A model generated the notes under the pieces. It ran no database searches, was not told the DNA's origin, and worked only from the letters and a program-made list of their open reading frames with translations. From Octopus sinensis (lineage: Eukaryota), in NCBI RefSeq assembly GCF_006345805.1, contig NW_021835602.1, positions 1-26,208 of the forward strand: a stretch of DNA of 26,208 bases, read 5' to 3'. Shown piece by piece: positions 10,340 through 20,520 of the stretch (position 1 is its first letter; every line of letters starts with the position of its first letter). The translations under genes and the position numbers were made by a program.

Positions 10340-10643
10340 GTACGTGTCCTCAGATTGCATTTTCCTCAGATTGCATTTTCCTCAGATTGCATTTTCCTCA
10401 GATTGCATTTTCCTCAGATTGACATCCAAACACTCTGAAATGTTCGTATTGGATCTTCTTGGTGCGAATGCATGTCGCTTCCAAATTTCTGGCTGAGTGA
10501 ATTGCGTCATGGTGCTGTTTATCTCACAACGGTGCGCTCAACTGGCCCTACTATACTGTGTAGTCGCGACAAAATCAAAAACAAACAATGCGCATGCGCG
10601 AAATAAAATATATTAATGGCGGCAATTTACCCATCGCACCCTG
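10340..10643 (-). mobile_element. 5' end of a Tc1/mariner (maT-like) element: TIR plus transposase N-terminus
   Basis: TA-CAGGGTGCGATGGGTAAATTGCCGCC terminus (TA at 10644-45). Reverse complement aligns to 14211-14445 including ATGACGCAATTCACTC.GCCAGAAATTTGGAA.CGACATGC. Confidence 0.85.
10347..10421. repeat. 16-bp minisatellite (TCCTCAGATTGCATTT) x4.7
   Basis: Four exact copies plus an 11-nt partial copy. Confidence 0.97.
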
Positions 10644-10911
10644 TATGTGTGTGCGTGTGTGTATATGTGTGTATACCAATGAAAAGAAGAAGACAGAAAA
10701 TTCTTTAACACATCTTTAATCATAAGTTACAAATGCTTCCGTGCCATTTCCATTTGCAACGCCTTTTTACGCGAAAATACTTAAAGAAAAATTGCATAAT
10801 GTTTTAAACTTTGGAGAAGTACTTCCTCAGACTTGCATCAAAGTCGTGCTGTTATATTGTGCGTCTATCAGACCGTGTTGTTAGGAAAGTACCGGGAGGA
10901 AATATATATAT

Positions 10912-10985
10912 ATGGTGTTCCAGCATGGCCGCAGTCAAAATAGCTGAAACAAGAAAATGAAAATCAAGAATAAAAATAAAGAATA
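10912..10985 (+). mobile_element. SINE family A extreme 3' tail fragment
   Basis: GGTGTTCCAGCATGGCCGCAGTCAAAATAGCTGAAACAAG followed by an A-rich tail. Confidence 0.75.
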
Positions 10986-11096
10986 GACACGTGCCATGTA
11001 TCTTTGTATTTATGCATGGATGGATGATGGATATATATATATATATATAGAGAGAGAGGAGAGAGATTCTGGATTATGATGTATGTGTGTTATCTT

Positions 11097-11154
<58 letters not shown>

Positions 11155-11155
<1 letters not shown>

Positions 11156-11400
11156 GGTAACATAAATTAAATACAGATTGGACAAGAACATGAAACACCC
11201 AGAGAACGACACAAGAAACCCACAGGACGGACATTCGAAGCCCCAGTCATCAGTCAAGAACCGATCATCTTAGCAATTTCGGCTGATTAATCTTGAGAAT
11301 TGCTCCGATATTGCCAACCCGCCAAGGGAAACTCTAAGCCAAGCGCATTAGATCCCCTGGAAGAAAGCTTCGAATGTATAAACGAAAGGACGGCAAACGA
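11155..11400 (+). repeat. Interspersed repeat family C (unclassified), second copy at 26121-26208
   Basis: AGGTAACATAAATTAAATACAGATTGGACAAGAAC...GGACGGACATTCGAAGCC aligns with AGGTATAAAAATTAATTAAAAAGGGACAAGAAC...GGATGGGTCATTCGAAGCC. Both start right after (TA)n. The right boundary is uncertain. Confidence 0.65.
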
Positions 11401-12093
11401 TCGAAGTACACAAACAAATATCCAGAATACGTGACACCAATAAGAATACAAAAACTTAAAAACAATAACGGTAAAATAAAAAATAAACAACAAAACAAAC
11501 CAGGACGTGGACAAGGGTCTTGTCGACAGGACGATTTGAGTAGGGCTGCTTGTGAAGTTGTGCCTAAAGGCCACGGAGACGTACACTCCGTGTGCTTCTG
11601 AGCTGCTGAAAACGAAAAGAGCGCTCACAGCGGCTACTGTCACGTGAGAACAAAAGACAGAGAAAGGGACAGATGAAAAGGGATAAAGGTGGACGAGGGA
11701 GGAGAAGAAAGAGACAGATCGAGGGGCTGGAGGTGAGAGAGATAGAGAAACGTAGAAAGGGGGGGATGGAGAGGGAAGAACGAAGTGAATAAGGGGAGAG
11801 GGAGATGTAGAGAGAAAAAAGATACGAGATTAGATTAATAATCGTATCAAAGCTTTATACATAACTATAATATATATATATATCTACATAAATATATGTA
11901 TATGTATATATATATATGTATATATGCATATATATATATGCATATATATAATTATATATATATATATGTTGTGTGTGTGTATATATTATATATATATATA
12001 TAATATATATGGTGAAAAGGAACACACGAGTTGATATATATGAAAAAACAAGTCAAAATAGAAAATGCTAAAATAATTTTATAAAGAACATTT

Positions 12094-12130
12094 CAGTACG
12101 GTTTCGGTCATTTTGAGACCTTTTCAACTG
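12094..12130 (-). ncRNA. Minimal type I hammerhead-like motif, U3-A8 variant
   Basis: Minus strand CAG-TTGAAAA-GGTC-TCAAAAT-GACC-GAAA-CC-GTA-CTG: helix I CAG/CTG, helix II GGTC/GACC, GUA triplet. Confidence 0.6.
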
Positions 12131-12302
12131 TAACGATTAAATATTAAATTAGAAAAATTAGAAGAAAAGTTTTTTTAAAGGAATACACAAGTGCAAACAA
12201 GGAGACAGAGAAGGCAGAATGCCACTTATATTTGAACACTATACAAATATTCCTTTAAAAAACTTTTCTTCTAATTTTCTAAATTTAATTATTTAATCGT
12301 TA

Positions 12303-12339
12303 CAGTTGAAAAGGTCTCAAAATGACCGAAACGGTACTG
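12303..12339 (+). ncRNA. Minimal type I hammerhead-like motif, U3-A8 variant
   Basis: CAG (12303-05), TTGAAAA (12306-12), GGTC-TCAAAAT-GACC (12313-27), GAAA (12328-31), C-G-GTA (cut after A12336), CTG. Confidence 0.6.
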
Positions 12340-12391
12340 AAATGTTCTTTATAAAATTATTTAGCATTTTCTATTTTGACTTGTTTTTTTC

Positions 12392-12428
12392 ATATATATA
12401 TATATGTATGCATGTATGTATATATATG

Positions 12429-12479
<51 letters not shown>

Positions 12480-12483
12480 ATAT

Positions 12484-12555
<72 letters not shown>
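12392..12555. repeat. (TA)n / (TATG) microsatellite
   Basis: Direct reading. Confidence 0.95.
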
Positions 12556-12559
<4 letters not shown>

Positions 12560-12863
12560 CAGGGTGAATACTTGATAAGTGTAAGCACCTGTATATGCCA
12601 GCTAGTAGCTTCTCCTTATTTCCTTCCCTTACAAGAGGAATGGACCCACTCGAATCTACTCAACATTCACTCTATGTTGACTGATGATAGAGTATGGACG
12701 GATTTTTGAAGTCCAATGATACCCTACATACCCATTTGATTATGAAGATTTACAAACATAGTTTCTCAGTGAAAATCAATACACCCACCATTATAGATAA
12801 TACAAAATGTACATTTTCGGTTTTTTCATAATGTGATGGAAATCTTTGGTATACCAATTGCAT

Positions 12864-12955
12864 GCGGCTGAAGAGAGCTTTAAACCATCTGTTATGTCGA
12901 TTATACATTGATGTAAGAATAGGTTGTTTTATAAAGCTTGAAACACGTGTACCGC
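12864..12955 (+). ncRNA. Type I hammerhead ribozyme motif, canonical core, perfect palindromic helix III
   Basis: Helix I GCGG (12864-67) / CCGC (12952-55); core CTGAAGA (12868-74); helix II GAGCTTTA (12875-82) / TAAAGCTT (12932-39); GAAA (12940-43); ACACGTGT palindrome (12943-50); GUA triplet, cut after A12951. Confidence 0.9.
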
Positions 12956-12977
12956 GACATCCTTTGTGTCTCTTTTT

Positions 12978-12983
<6 letters not shown>

Positions 12984-13056
<73 letters not shown>

Positions 13057-13065
13057 ATATATATA
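12984..13065. repeat. (TA)n microsatellite
   Basis: Direct reading. Confidence 0.96.
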
Positions 13066-13399
13066 GGCTACAGACGGTGGCAATCCGAGCATTGATGGCT
13101 ATATCACACGAAAACCCACACGCATTCCGTCTTCGTTTCATCCTTCTTCGCTGTTCCACTCAATGCGGGAATTGTTCGGTTTTGTGTGGCGGGTAAAATG
13201 TAAATGTAGCCAATTAAACACATCTAGATTACATCTCCCAGGTTTCCACACCAAATAACTGTTATGCACGATTCAGAGGAATCGGTCTTGGGTTTTGTGT
13301 CTGGGACTCTTTGTGTAAAATACCTGTATATACTATAGCAATGGAAATGAGATTGATTTACAAGGAAACAATTGTAAACCAATGAAATAAAAGGACTTG

Positions 13400-13756
13400 C
13401 ACACATGTGTCTGTATATATGTATATGTCCATACGTGCGTGTGTTTGTGTGAGTAGCATGTGTATATATATATGTATGTATATATATATACATACATACA
13501 TATATGTATATATACACATAAACATAAATACACACATGCATACATGCGTATATATTCAAATATGCGTGTCTGTGTTTGTGAGTATGTGTATATAATATAT
13601 ATATGTGTGTGTGTATGAGTGTGTGTTCGTATATATTTGCATATATATGTATATGTGTGTGTGCGTGGGTGTATAAAACTGCTATACTATTTCCTACTTT
13701 ATCTAATAATATGCGAGGAAGTTCTTATATACATATATATGTACATATAATATATA

Positions 13757-13794
<38 letters not shown>

Positions 13795-13820
13795 TATGCG
13801 TATGTGTGTATGCATGTATG
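13400..13820. repeat. Compound (TA)/(TG)/(CATA) low-complexity tract
   Basis: Direct reading; source of several spurious ORFs. Confidence 0.85.
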
Positions 13821-14210
13821 ATGTGTTTTAATCAATATCAACGATATCACATGGAAAGAATAGAGAGAGAAGATATCTCCGTTAATTCAATTCCTGATAG
13901 GGATCGTCTGTCCCCTTCAGTTTAATCTGAAGTCATTAAGGCACGCAACTGATAGGGACCACTTCTCCTTAATGACACGATTTAAAGGGCGAGAGGGAAT
14001 AGAAGAGGTTAAATAAAACACATGAACCCGTTTATATATATACATGCCTGGAGGTATACGTACTTACTCACACGCGCGCGCGCATATGTTATATATATAT
14101 ATATATATATATATATCTATATATATATATTTGTATATATATGTATATGTATTATATGTATGTATGTATGTATGTATACATACACTCATACACATACAGA
14201 CACAAACACA

Positions 14211-15077
14211 CAGAGTGTGCGATGGATAAATTGTCGCCATTTTATATCTTTTATTTTGTGCATGCGCATTGTTTCTTTTTGATTTTGTCGACTACGCAAT
14301 ATGGTAGGGTCAGTTGGGCACCGTCTGTGAGATAAACAGCATTATGACGCAATTCACTCTGCCAGAAATTTGGAAACGACATGCTGTACTGCTTGGCATT
14401 CGCACCTACGAACATTTCAGAGTGTCTGAGAGTCACTCTGAGGACATTGGTAAAAATTAAGCATCATAGTGTTTCGGGCAATCACTAGTGACGGTGACGT
14501 TATGCTTCCATTCAACTTCCCACACGGCCTCAGACTCAACACGGCGGCCTACATCAAATGCCTTGAGGAGGTAGTGCTACCCTGGGTCAAGAGGGTAGTG
14601 CTAGAAGACCCTATGTCTGGCAACAGGATTCTGCACCATGCCACGGAAGCAAGAGAACCCAGTCATGGCTTTCAGACAATTTCTAGCATCTGATCACCTA
14701 ACTGGCCATCTAACTCTGGCCATCTAACTCTGGCCATCTAACTCCCCAGACTGCATCCCCCTTGATTATTATGTGTGGGATGCAGTTGAGCGAGAGACCA
14801 ACATTACTCCTTGTAACACCAAAGATGAACTGAAGGCAAGGATTATGGCAGCATCGACCAACATATATACAAGGAAACCGTCCAGAAGAGTTACAGGAGA
14901 TTCCAAAGTGGTCTGGAGGCCATGGTTGAAGCTAATGGCGATTTTATTGAATAAATTTGCTCTTTGGTATTTCAAAATACTTTTATGTAATTTTAGTAAA
15001 CATAACTTTTAAAATGAGATGTCAGTGTTAGTTTCATTTTTGCGTAATTTAGACAACAGTTTATCCACCGTACTCTG
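14211..15077 (+). mobile_element. Internally deleted Tc1/mariner element, maT (DD37D)-like, with both imperfect TIRs
   Basis: Left end CAGAGTGTGCGATGGATAAATTGTC; right end GACAACAGTTTATCCACCGTACTCTG-TA. Transposase remnants MTQFTLPEIWKRHAVLLG (ATG 14344), ITSDGDVMLPF..YIKCLEEVVLPWVKR, YVWQQDSAPCH, WPSNSPDCIPLDYYVWDAVE. Family call is by motif style; the D-D spacing is not countable in this copy. Confidence 0.88.
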
Positions 15078-15078
15078 T

Positions 15079-15201
<123 letters not shown>

Positions 15202-15217
15202 GTGTGTGTGTGTGTGT

Positions 15218-16318
15218 ACTAGCAAACGCACCTTTGGGCGGTTTAAGTTGTTTTCGTGGTATTTTTTCACCAAAGAATTGAACTACCGAGAAGGCTTATG
15301 AGTAGCACGGCAGTCCATGTTTCCGATTAACCTAGGAAAGGAAAATCAAATTGAACGCTGGTTATTGTGGAAGTCGTTGTACTTTGATGATCATTGAACA
15401 TATAAATTTAGAAGCGATGCAAAGTAGGGCTAGGGAAGTGTTTTGGGAGTAGATTACGGATAATGGCTACAAAATATAGTTGTTTTACATGAAAGCGAAA
15501 TTTCTTAGCAGAAACAGCCACATAAATTGTGTAAAGAAATTCAACGAAGACGTTGAAACTCCTCCTCTGCGAGTTTATGTTTTTTCAACAGCAAAGGGAG
15601 CTATTTTTCGGCGAAACAAGCTAACAAAAGGCCCTTTAGTTTGTTTTCCCACATTGCCTGTGCATAAACTAACAGCGAGTGCTGCATAAAGTTAAATTGG
15701 TATGGAGCTTTCTGAAAGATACGTATAGCTTTCGCTAGTGGAAGCAAAGATCTTATTTCAAGTATGATTATTTGGGACGAATCATATGTGATTGTATAAA
15801 AATGGTTAGAACGACAATGCTAAAACGTATTTCAAACAATGGACAACAGTCGAAATATCATAATGGATGGGTAAATAAGCATCCTTAAAGTGAAACAACG
15901 CATTGGTAGGTGAACAAAGGTATCAACAAATAGAAGAGAGGGAAGAGAACATCACCTTTCAGTTAACTCAGAATAGGTAAAGGTAAGCTTGCCAAAGTTT
16001 AAACCAGTTTCAGATTGTTTGGTATATTCATCACGTACAGTCAATTTAATCACCTAGTCAATTTAATCACCGAGACAGGTGGAAAGTCGAAATAAATAAA
16101 TAGACAAAATCCTTTCACTTCTATAAAAAGATTATAAAAGTATGGAAGACCCTACATACGAAAAAAACTATGTCCATTTACGCGGGAGCAAAACGTTTAG
16201 TGCATGACTATCCTTGTGTGTAAAGTTTGATGTGTAAAGTTTGGTGAAAATTGGTTGAGAATTGTGGAAATGTATGCATAAATCATTATACGCACACACA
16301 CTGTGATTGATATATACT
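15218..16318 (+). mobile_element. Possible non-autonomous Helitron/Helentron-type (DINE-1/HINE-like) element
   Basis: Starts ACTAGC; ends AAGTTTGGTGAAAATTGGTTGAG...(CA)n...ATTGATATATA, the terminal architecture recalled for DINE-1/Lep1-like elements. No coding remnant. Boundaries approximate. Confidence 0.35.
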
Positions 16319-16324
16319 ATGTGC

Positions 16325-16358
<34 letters not shown>

Positions 16359-16757
16359 ACGCATGCAAGTGTTACAAGTGATGTCCTTGTACTTTACGTA
16401 GACTTGGTAACCTGACAAACAGATAGATAAATAAATAAATATATTGATCCAATTTACATCAAATATTTTTTATCGATTACAATAAGAAAGATTACAAAAA
16501 CAATTTTCAGAAATTGCATTAAAAATCGAATTAAGCCCTTTGGTAACTTGGCTGATTTGAGCAAGTTGGTAGGAGGTCAAAAATAAAAAAGTAAATAGGT
16601 CAATAATTATTAAAAAAAAAAAAAGAAAGGAAGAGCCTTTGCATGCAAGCAAGACGGTCAAAAACGTGTGTAAAAAATAAATCTCTTTAAGTTTAGAAAA
16701 TATAAATTATTACACGTTATAAATACTGTCGGTCTATAAAATAAAGTTTATAAATGA

Positions 16758-17178
16758 GGCTCAGGAGTGGCTGTGTGGTGAGTAGCTTGCTTACGAACCA
16801 CATGGTTCCGGGTTCATTCCCACTGCGTGGCACCTTGAGCAAGTGTCTTCTATAGCCTCGGGTTGACCAAAGCCTTGTGAGGGGACTTGGTAGATGGAAA
16901 CTGAAAGAAGCCCGTCGTATATATATATATATATGTGTGTGTGTATGTTTGCATGTCTGTGTTTGTCCCCCACCACCACCACCACCACCAGCAGCACCAT
17001 CGCTTGACAACCGATGCTGGTGTATTTACGTCCCCGTAACTTAGCGGTTCGGCAAAAGAAGTCGATAGAATAAGTACTAAGCTTACAAAGAATAAGTCCT
17101 GGGCTAAATTTGCTTGACTAAATGCGGTGCTCCAGCATGACCGCAGTCAAATAACTGAAACAAGTAAAAGCGTAAGAG
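16758..17178 (+). mobile_element. tRNA-derived SINE family A, full length
   Basis: A-box-like TGGCTGTGTGG (16768-78), B-box-like GGTTCATTCCC (16811-21), CCTTGAGCAAGTG CORE-like start, internal (TA)/(TG)/(CAC) tract, AAGTAAAAG tail. Five further fragments occur in the window. Confidence 0.92.
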
Positions 17179-17452
17179 TTTGGTTCAGCAGAAGGTGGGT
17201 TTTTGATAATTTTTTGAAATTTGACAGCGAAAAAATGTTGTTTAACTTTCGTGGTAAAATATCATTCCATGTGTTAATACTGTTATAAATAAAGCTTTAT
17301 TTGACAAAAGAGTGTTTGAAAATTCAAGTCAGCCATACTTCTTGTTTGATAGTTATGAGGGAGAGAATGGCGACGGATAATTTCATAGAAATAAGTATGG
17401 CGGTGATGAAATAATTTGTGGAACTTGATTGCGGAGTTGTATATATATATAT

Positions 17453-17773
17453 GAGACCCCTTCGGTCATGACTGACCATGGGATTGCACCTAAAAAGCTA
17501 CCCTCCCAAGCACAATGTTGTTTTATGGAAGACCAGCAGTTGCCCATGCATACCGGCTTCCCCTCTCTATGCCACCAGTGTTATCCAAGGGAAAGACAAT
17601 AACGGATACAGCTTGGCACCAGTGAGGTCGCAACTCATTTCTACAGCTGAGTGAACTGGAGCAAAGTGAAATAAAGTGTCTTACTCAAGAACACAACATT
17701 CAGCCCGGTCCAGGATTCGAACTCACAACCTCACGATCGTAAGATCGACGCTCTAACCACTGAGCAATGCGCC
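17453..17773 (-). mobile_element. tRNA-derived SINE (third family) with CORE-like central domain
   Basis: Minus strand GGCGCATTGCTCAGTGGTTAGAGCG (A box), GAGTTCGAATCC (B box), then GTGTTCTTGAGTAAGACACTT...CTCCAGTTCACTCAGCTGTAGAAATGAGT. Confidence 0.85.
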
Positions 17774-17774
17774 T

Positions 17775-17867
<93 letters not shown>

Positions 17868-17870
<3 letters not shown>

Positions 17871-18155
17871 AGGGTAAGTCGATTAGTGATAAGCCATTGA
17901 TAAACCTTGTCCAGTTCTGAATTTATTGTATTAAATAGGGAGGGAAGGTCCTGGTGACTAATAAAAATAGTAGAGTCATCAGCGAAATATAGAAGTAGAA
18001 TTGCACATGTCATTTATATAGATAAGGATCAATAATGGTCCCAGTATGGACCCCTGAGGGACTCCTAGCTTTATAGTGGATAATGGCGATTTTTATGTTT
18101 CAACAGAAAACATACTGTTTACGCTGAGAGGTAGGATCTAAGCCAATTGTTAGGA
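17868..18155 (-). pseudogene. Reverse-transcriptase fragment of an L2/CR1-group LINE
   Basis: WLRSYLS.RKQYV, LGVPQGSILGPLLILIYINDM, FADDSTIFISHQDL..INSELDKVYQWLITNRLTL with frameshifts; truncated by (TA)n. Confidence 0.88.
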
Positions 18156-18779
18156 ACTCTATGCCTTTTGTTCTCTACCTTGTATCAGCGCTGTCACAGC
18201 TTGCAGTGATAAACTACACCACTCTATGGTACCTATTAGCTGCTAGATGAATCAAATCAGCCACTTGTGGCACAAACACATCGCAATGATGATGACGTTC
18301 TAAAAATCTGTAACCATTCAGCTGGCTGTTCAGTCAGAATACCACCCCCCCCAACTACCCACTCATACAAGTCGTCTGCATCTCCATCTGTGAAATGGTA
18401 TCGATGGTAACATTTTTGGCATGGCCTCCAATATCATAAAACCGGTTAATATCTCGATGACATTTATTGAGAACAAAATGGCGATAACACGATTTCTTAT
18501 ATTCAAGTAAAAAGGAAAAACAAGAACTGGACATGACATGGCACTCTTCGCTGTACACTACTACTACTACTACTACATCTGGTAATGATAAAGCATTTGG
18601 TAACGATATCTCCCCACCTCTATTACTGATATCTTTCAAAGGGAAGCTCCCATGATAAAGTCAAGTTGATCACTCAGTCCCCTATTGGGCCACACACACA
18701 GACCGCCTCCACTTCGCCTATATCAATACATCCTTTTCGATCCTCCACCACGACCCCGCCCCACCGACCCTATCACACA

Positions 18780-18797
18780 CATATATTGTGTATAAGT

Positions 18798-18830
<33 letters not shown>

Positions 18831-18877
18831 CATATATTTGTTTGTATGTATGTATATATATTTTGCATATATATATA

Positions 18878-18956
<79 letters not shown>

Positions 18957-19030
18957 TGTGTATATATGTGTATATATATTATGTGTGTATATATATACAT
19001 ATACGCACATGTATACACACATGTACATGC
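18780..19030. repeat. Compound (CA)/(TA)/(TG)/(TATG) microsatellite
   Basis: Direct reading. Confidence 0.9.
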
Positions 19031-19303
19031 ACGTAACATGATTCTGTATATATTCGTCTCCACACTTATCTAAGACCAGGTCCAGAGCAAAAAAAAGGCG
19101 TCAGGATTCTTATTTTTGTGTTTCGTTTGTGTTTTTCTTTTTTTTTCTTAACGAATTGTAATCAATATTATGTTTTCATTAGTTAGGTCACGTGCTGTGG
19201 CTGTTGATTAGATAATTGTAATCTCTACATATTAAGGTTTTTAAAAAATTAACCGAGAAATACAGATTTTTGCTACATTTTCATATTATTTAACTACAAA
19301 TAC

Positions 19304-19339
19304 TGTTCTTGTTGTTGTCGTCGTCGTCGCAGCTGCTGA

Positions 19340-19381
<42 letters not shown>

Positions 19382-19395
19382 TGCTGCCGCCGCTG
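19304..19395. repeat. (GTT)/(GTC)/(GCT)n trinucleotide tract
   Basis: Direct reading. Confidence 0.93.
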
Positions 19396-19397
19396 TA

Positions 19398-19480
19398 TGG
19401 TATCTTATTTATCGACACTGAAAGGATGAAAAGCGCAGTTGAACCAAGGATTTGAACTCCGATCATAAAGAACAAGAAAC
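19398..19480 (-). mobile_element. Degenerate SINE family B fragment
   Basis: TGGTATCTTATTTATCGACACTGAAAGGATGAAAAG...GGATTTGAACTC. Confidence 0.65.
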
Positions 19481-20408
19481 AATGTGTCTGATATAATAAT
19501 GTGAGACTCGGGACTATTTCGTTGTTATTTCTAGCTTGGCATGTCGGCTGACCGGGCAAAGTCTCTTTCTAATTGTTGTTTGGATAAGATGGACGCCATA
19601 GCTGGGTGTTGACCCAGTGAACTATTGTCTGAATGTTGGCTAAGATAGACGTAGCCAATAGATGTTTAGAAAGTAAATGGGTTCGATAGATAAATATGGT
19701 GTGTAGATGCAGGCTGGGTATATATGTATATATACAGTGTATAGATGTTGGCTGGATATATAAACACAAAGAAGTGTGCCAATGTTCACTATATAGATGG
19801 ACACAGTGTGTAGGCATTGACTGGATGATAGAGAAACACAGATTGTGGGTGCTGGATGGATGGACACAGTGTGTAAATGCTGACTGATATATAGACAGAG
19901 TAAAATAGACGCTGTGTAGAGGTGTAGAATGTAAAGCCAGACTCTGCGAGATGTTCCCTGCATGCATTGACAGGCACGATATAGAAATGGTGACTGACAG
20001 ATACACTGTTTAGATGTTATCCGTATAGACACAAGGGAATGAAAGACAAAGAGAGCAGTTTGTTCTAAATCGACATTGTACGTGAGTTCCTGTGGCATTT
20101 TTTGTTCATTTCTAGTTAAAAACAAAAACTATTGTTTTTAATTTGAAAAAGAAAATTGAATAGGAAAATACATTCAGGGAAAACTAGAACTTGTGACTTC
20201 AATATAAACAAATTGAGCGTGTGAATTCTTTGTTGGTTTCAAATAAATGTTTGAATATGCTAAAGAAATGCTTATCGTGACCCATTAACTTAATTATAAA
20301 GTTTAGTTTATGAGAGACAATAACATAACCTCATGCGGGTGTGTGTGTGTGAGCGCGCGTGTGTGTGTGTGTGTGTGTTATGCGTTTACAAGAAAAGAGG
20401 TAACTATA

Positions 20409-20480
20409 ACTTCGAAGTTTCAGACTGTTAGCCAACATCTACACAGTCCGTCGAAGGCTAGCAGGCCGAAACTTCGAAGT
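20409..20480. repeat. 25-bp inverted repeat (22/25 matches, 22-nt spacer) made of HHR 3' halves
   Basis: ACTTCGAAGTTTCAGACTGTTAGCC vs the reverse complement of GGCTAGCAGGCCGAAACTTCGAAGT. Confidence 0.75.
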
Positions 20481-20520
20481 CACAACCATCCTTCTAAATA
20501 TGTACTCTAGAAAAAAGTAT

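Larger units (their letters stand above)
12034..12399. mobile_element. Long inverted-repeat element (152-bp arms 12034-12185 and 12248-12399, 62-nt spacer), PLE pseudo-LTR-like
   Basis: Near-perfect reverse-complement arms with TA-rich flanks. Each arm carries a minimal HHR-like motif. Confidence 0.88.

Noticed and set aside
10347-10421. Regular short direct repeats resembling a CRISPR array
   Set aside because: No spacers, eukaryotic context; simple tandem 16-mer.
13067-13192. 126-nt plus-strand open segment ATDGGNPS... (cadherin-like start) bounded by AG and GTAAAA
   Set aside because: The acceptor is the end of (TA)n with no pyrimidine tract, and the residues after ATDGGNP do not follow the cadherin pattern.
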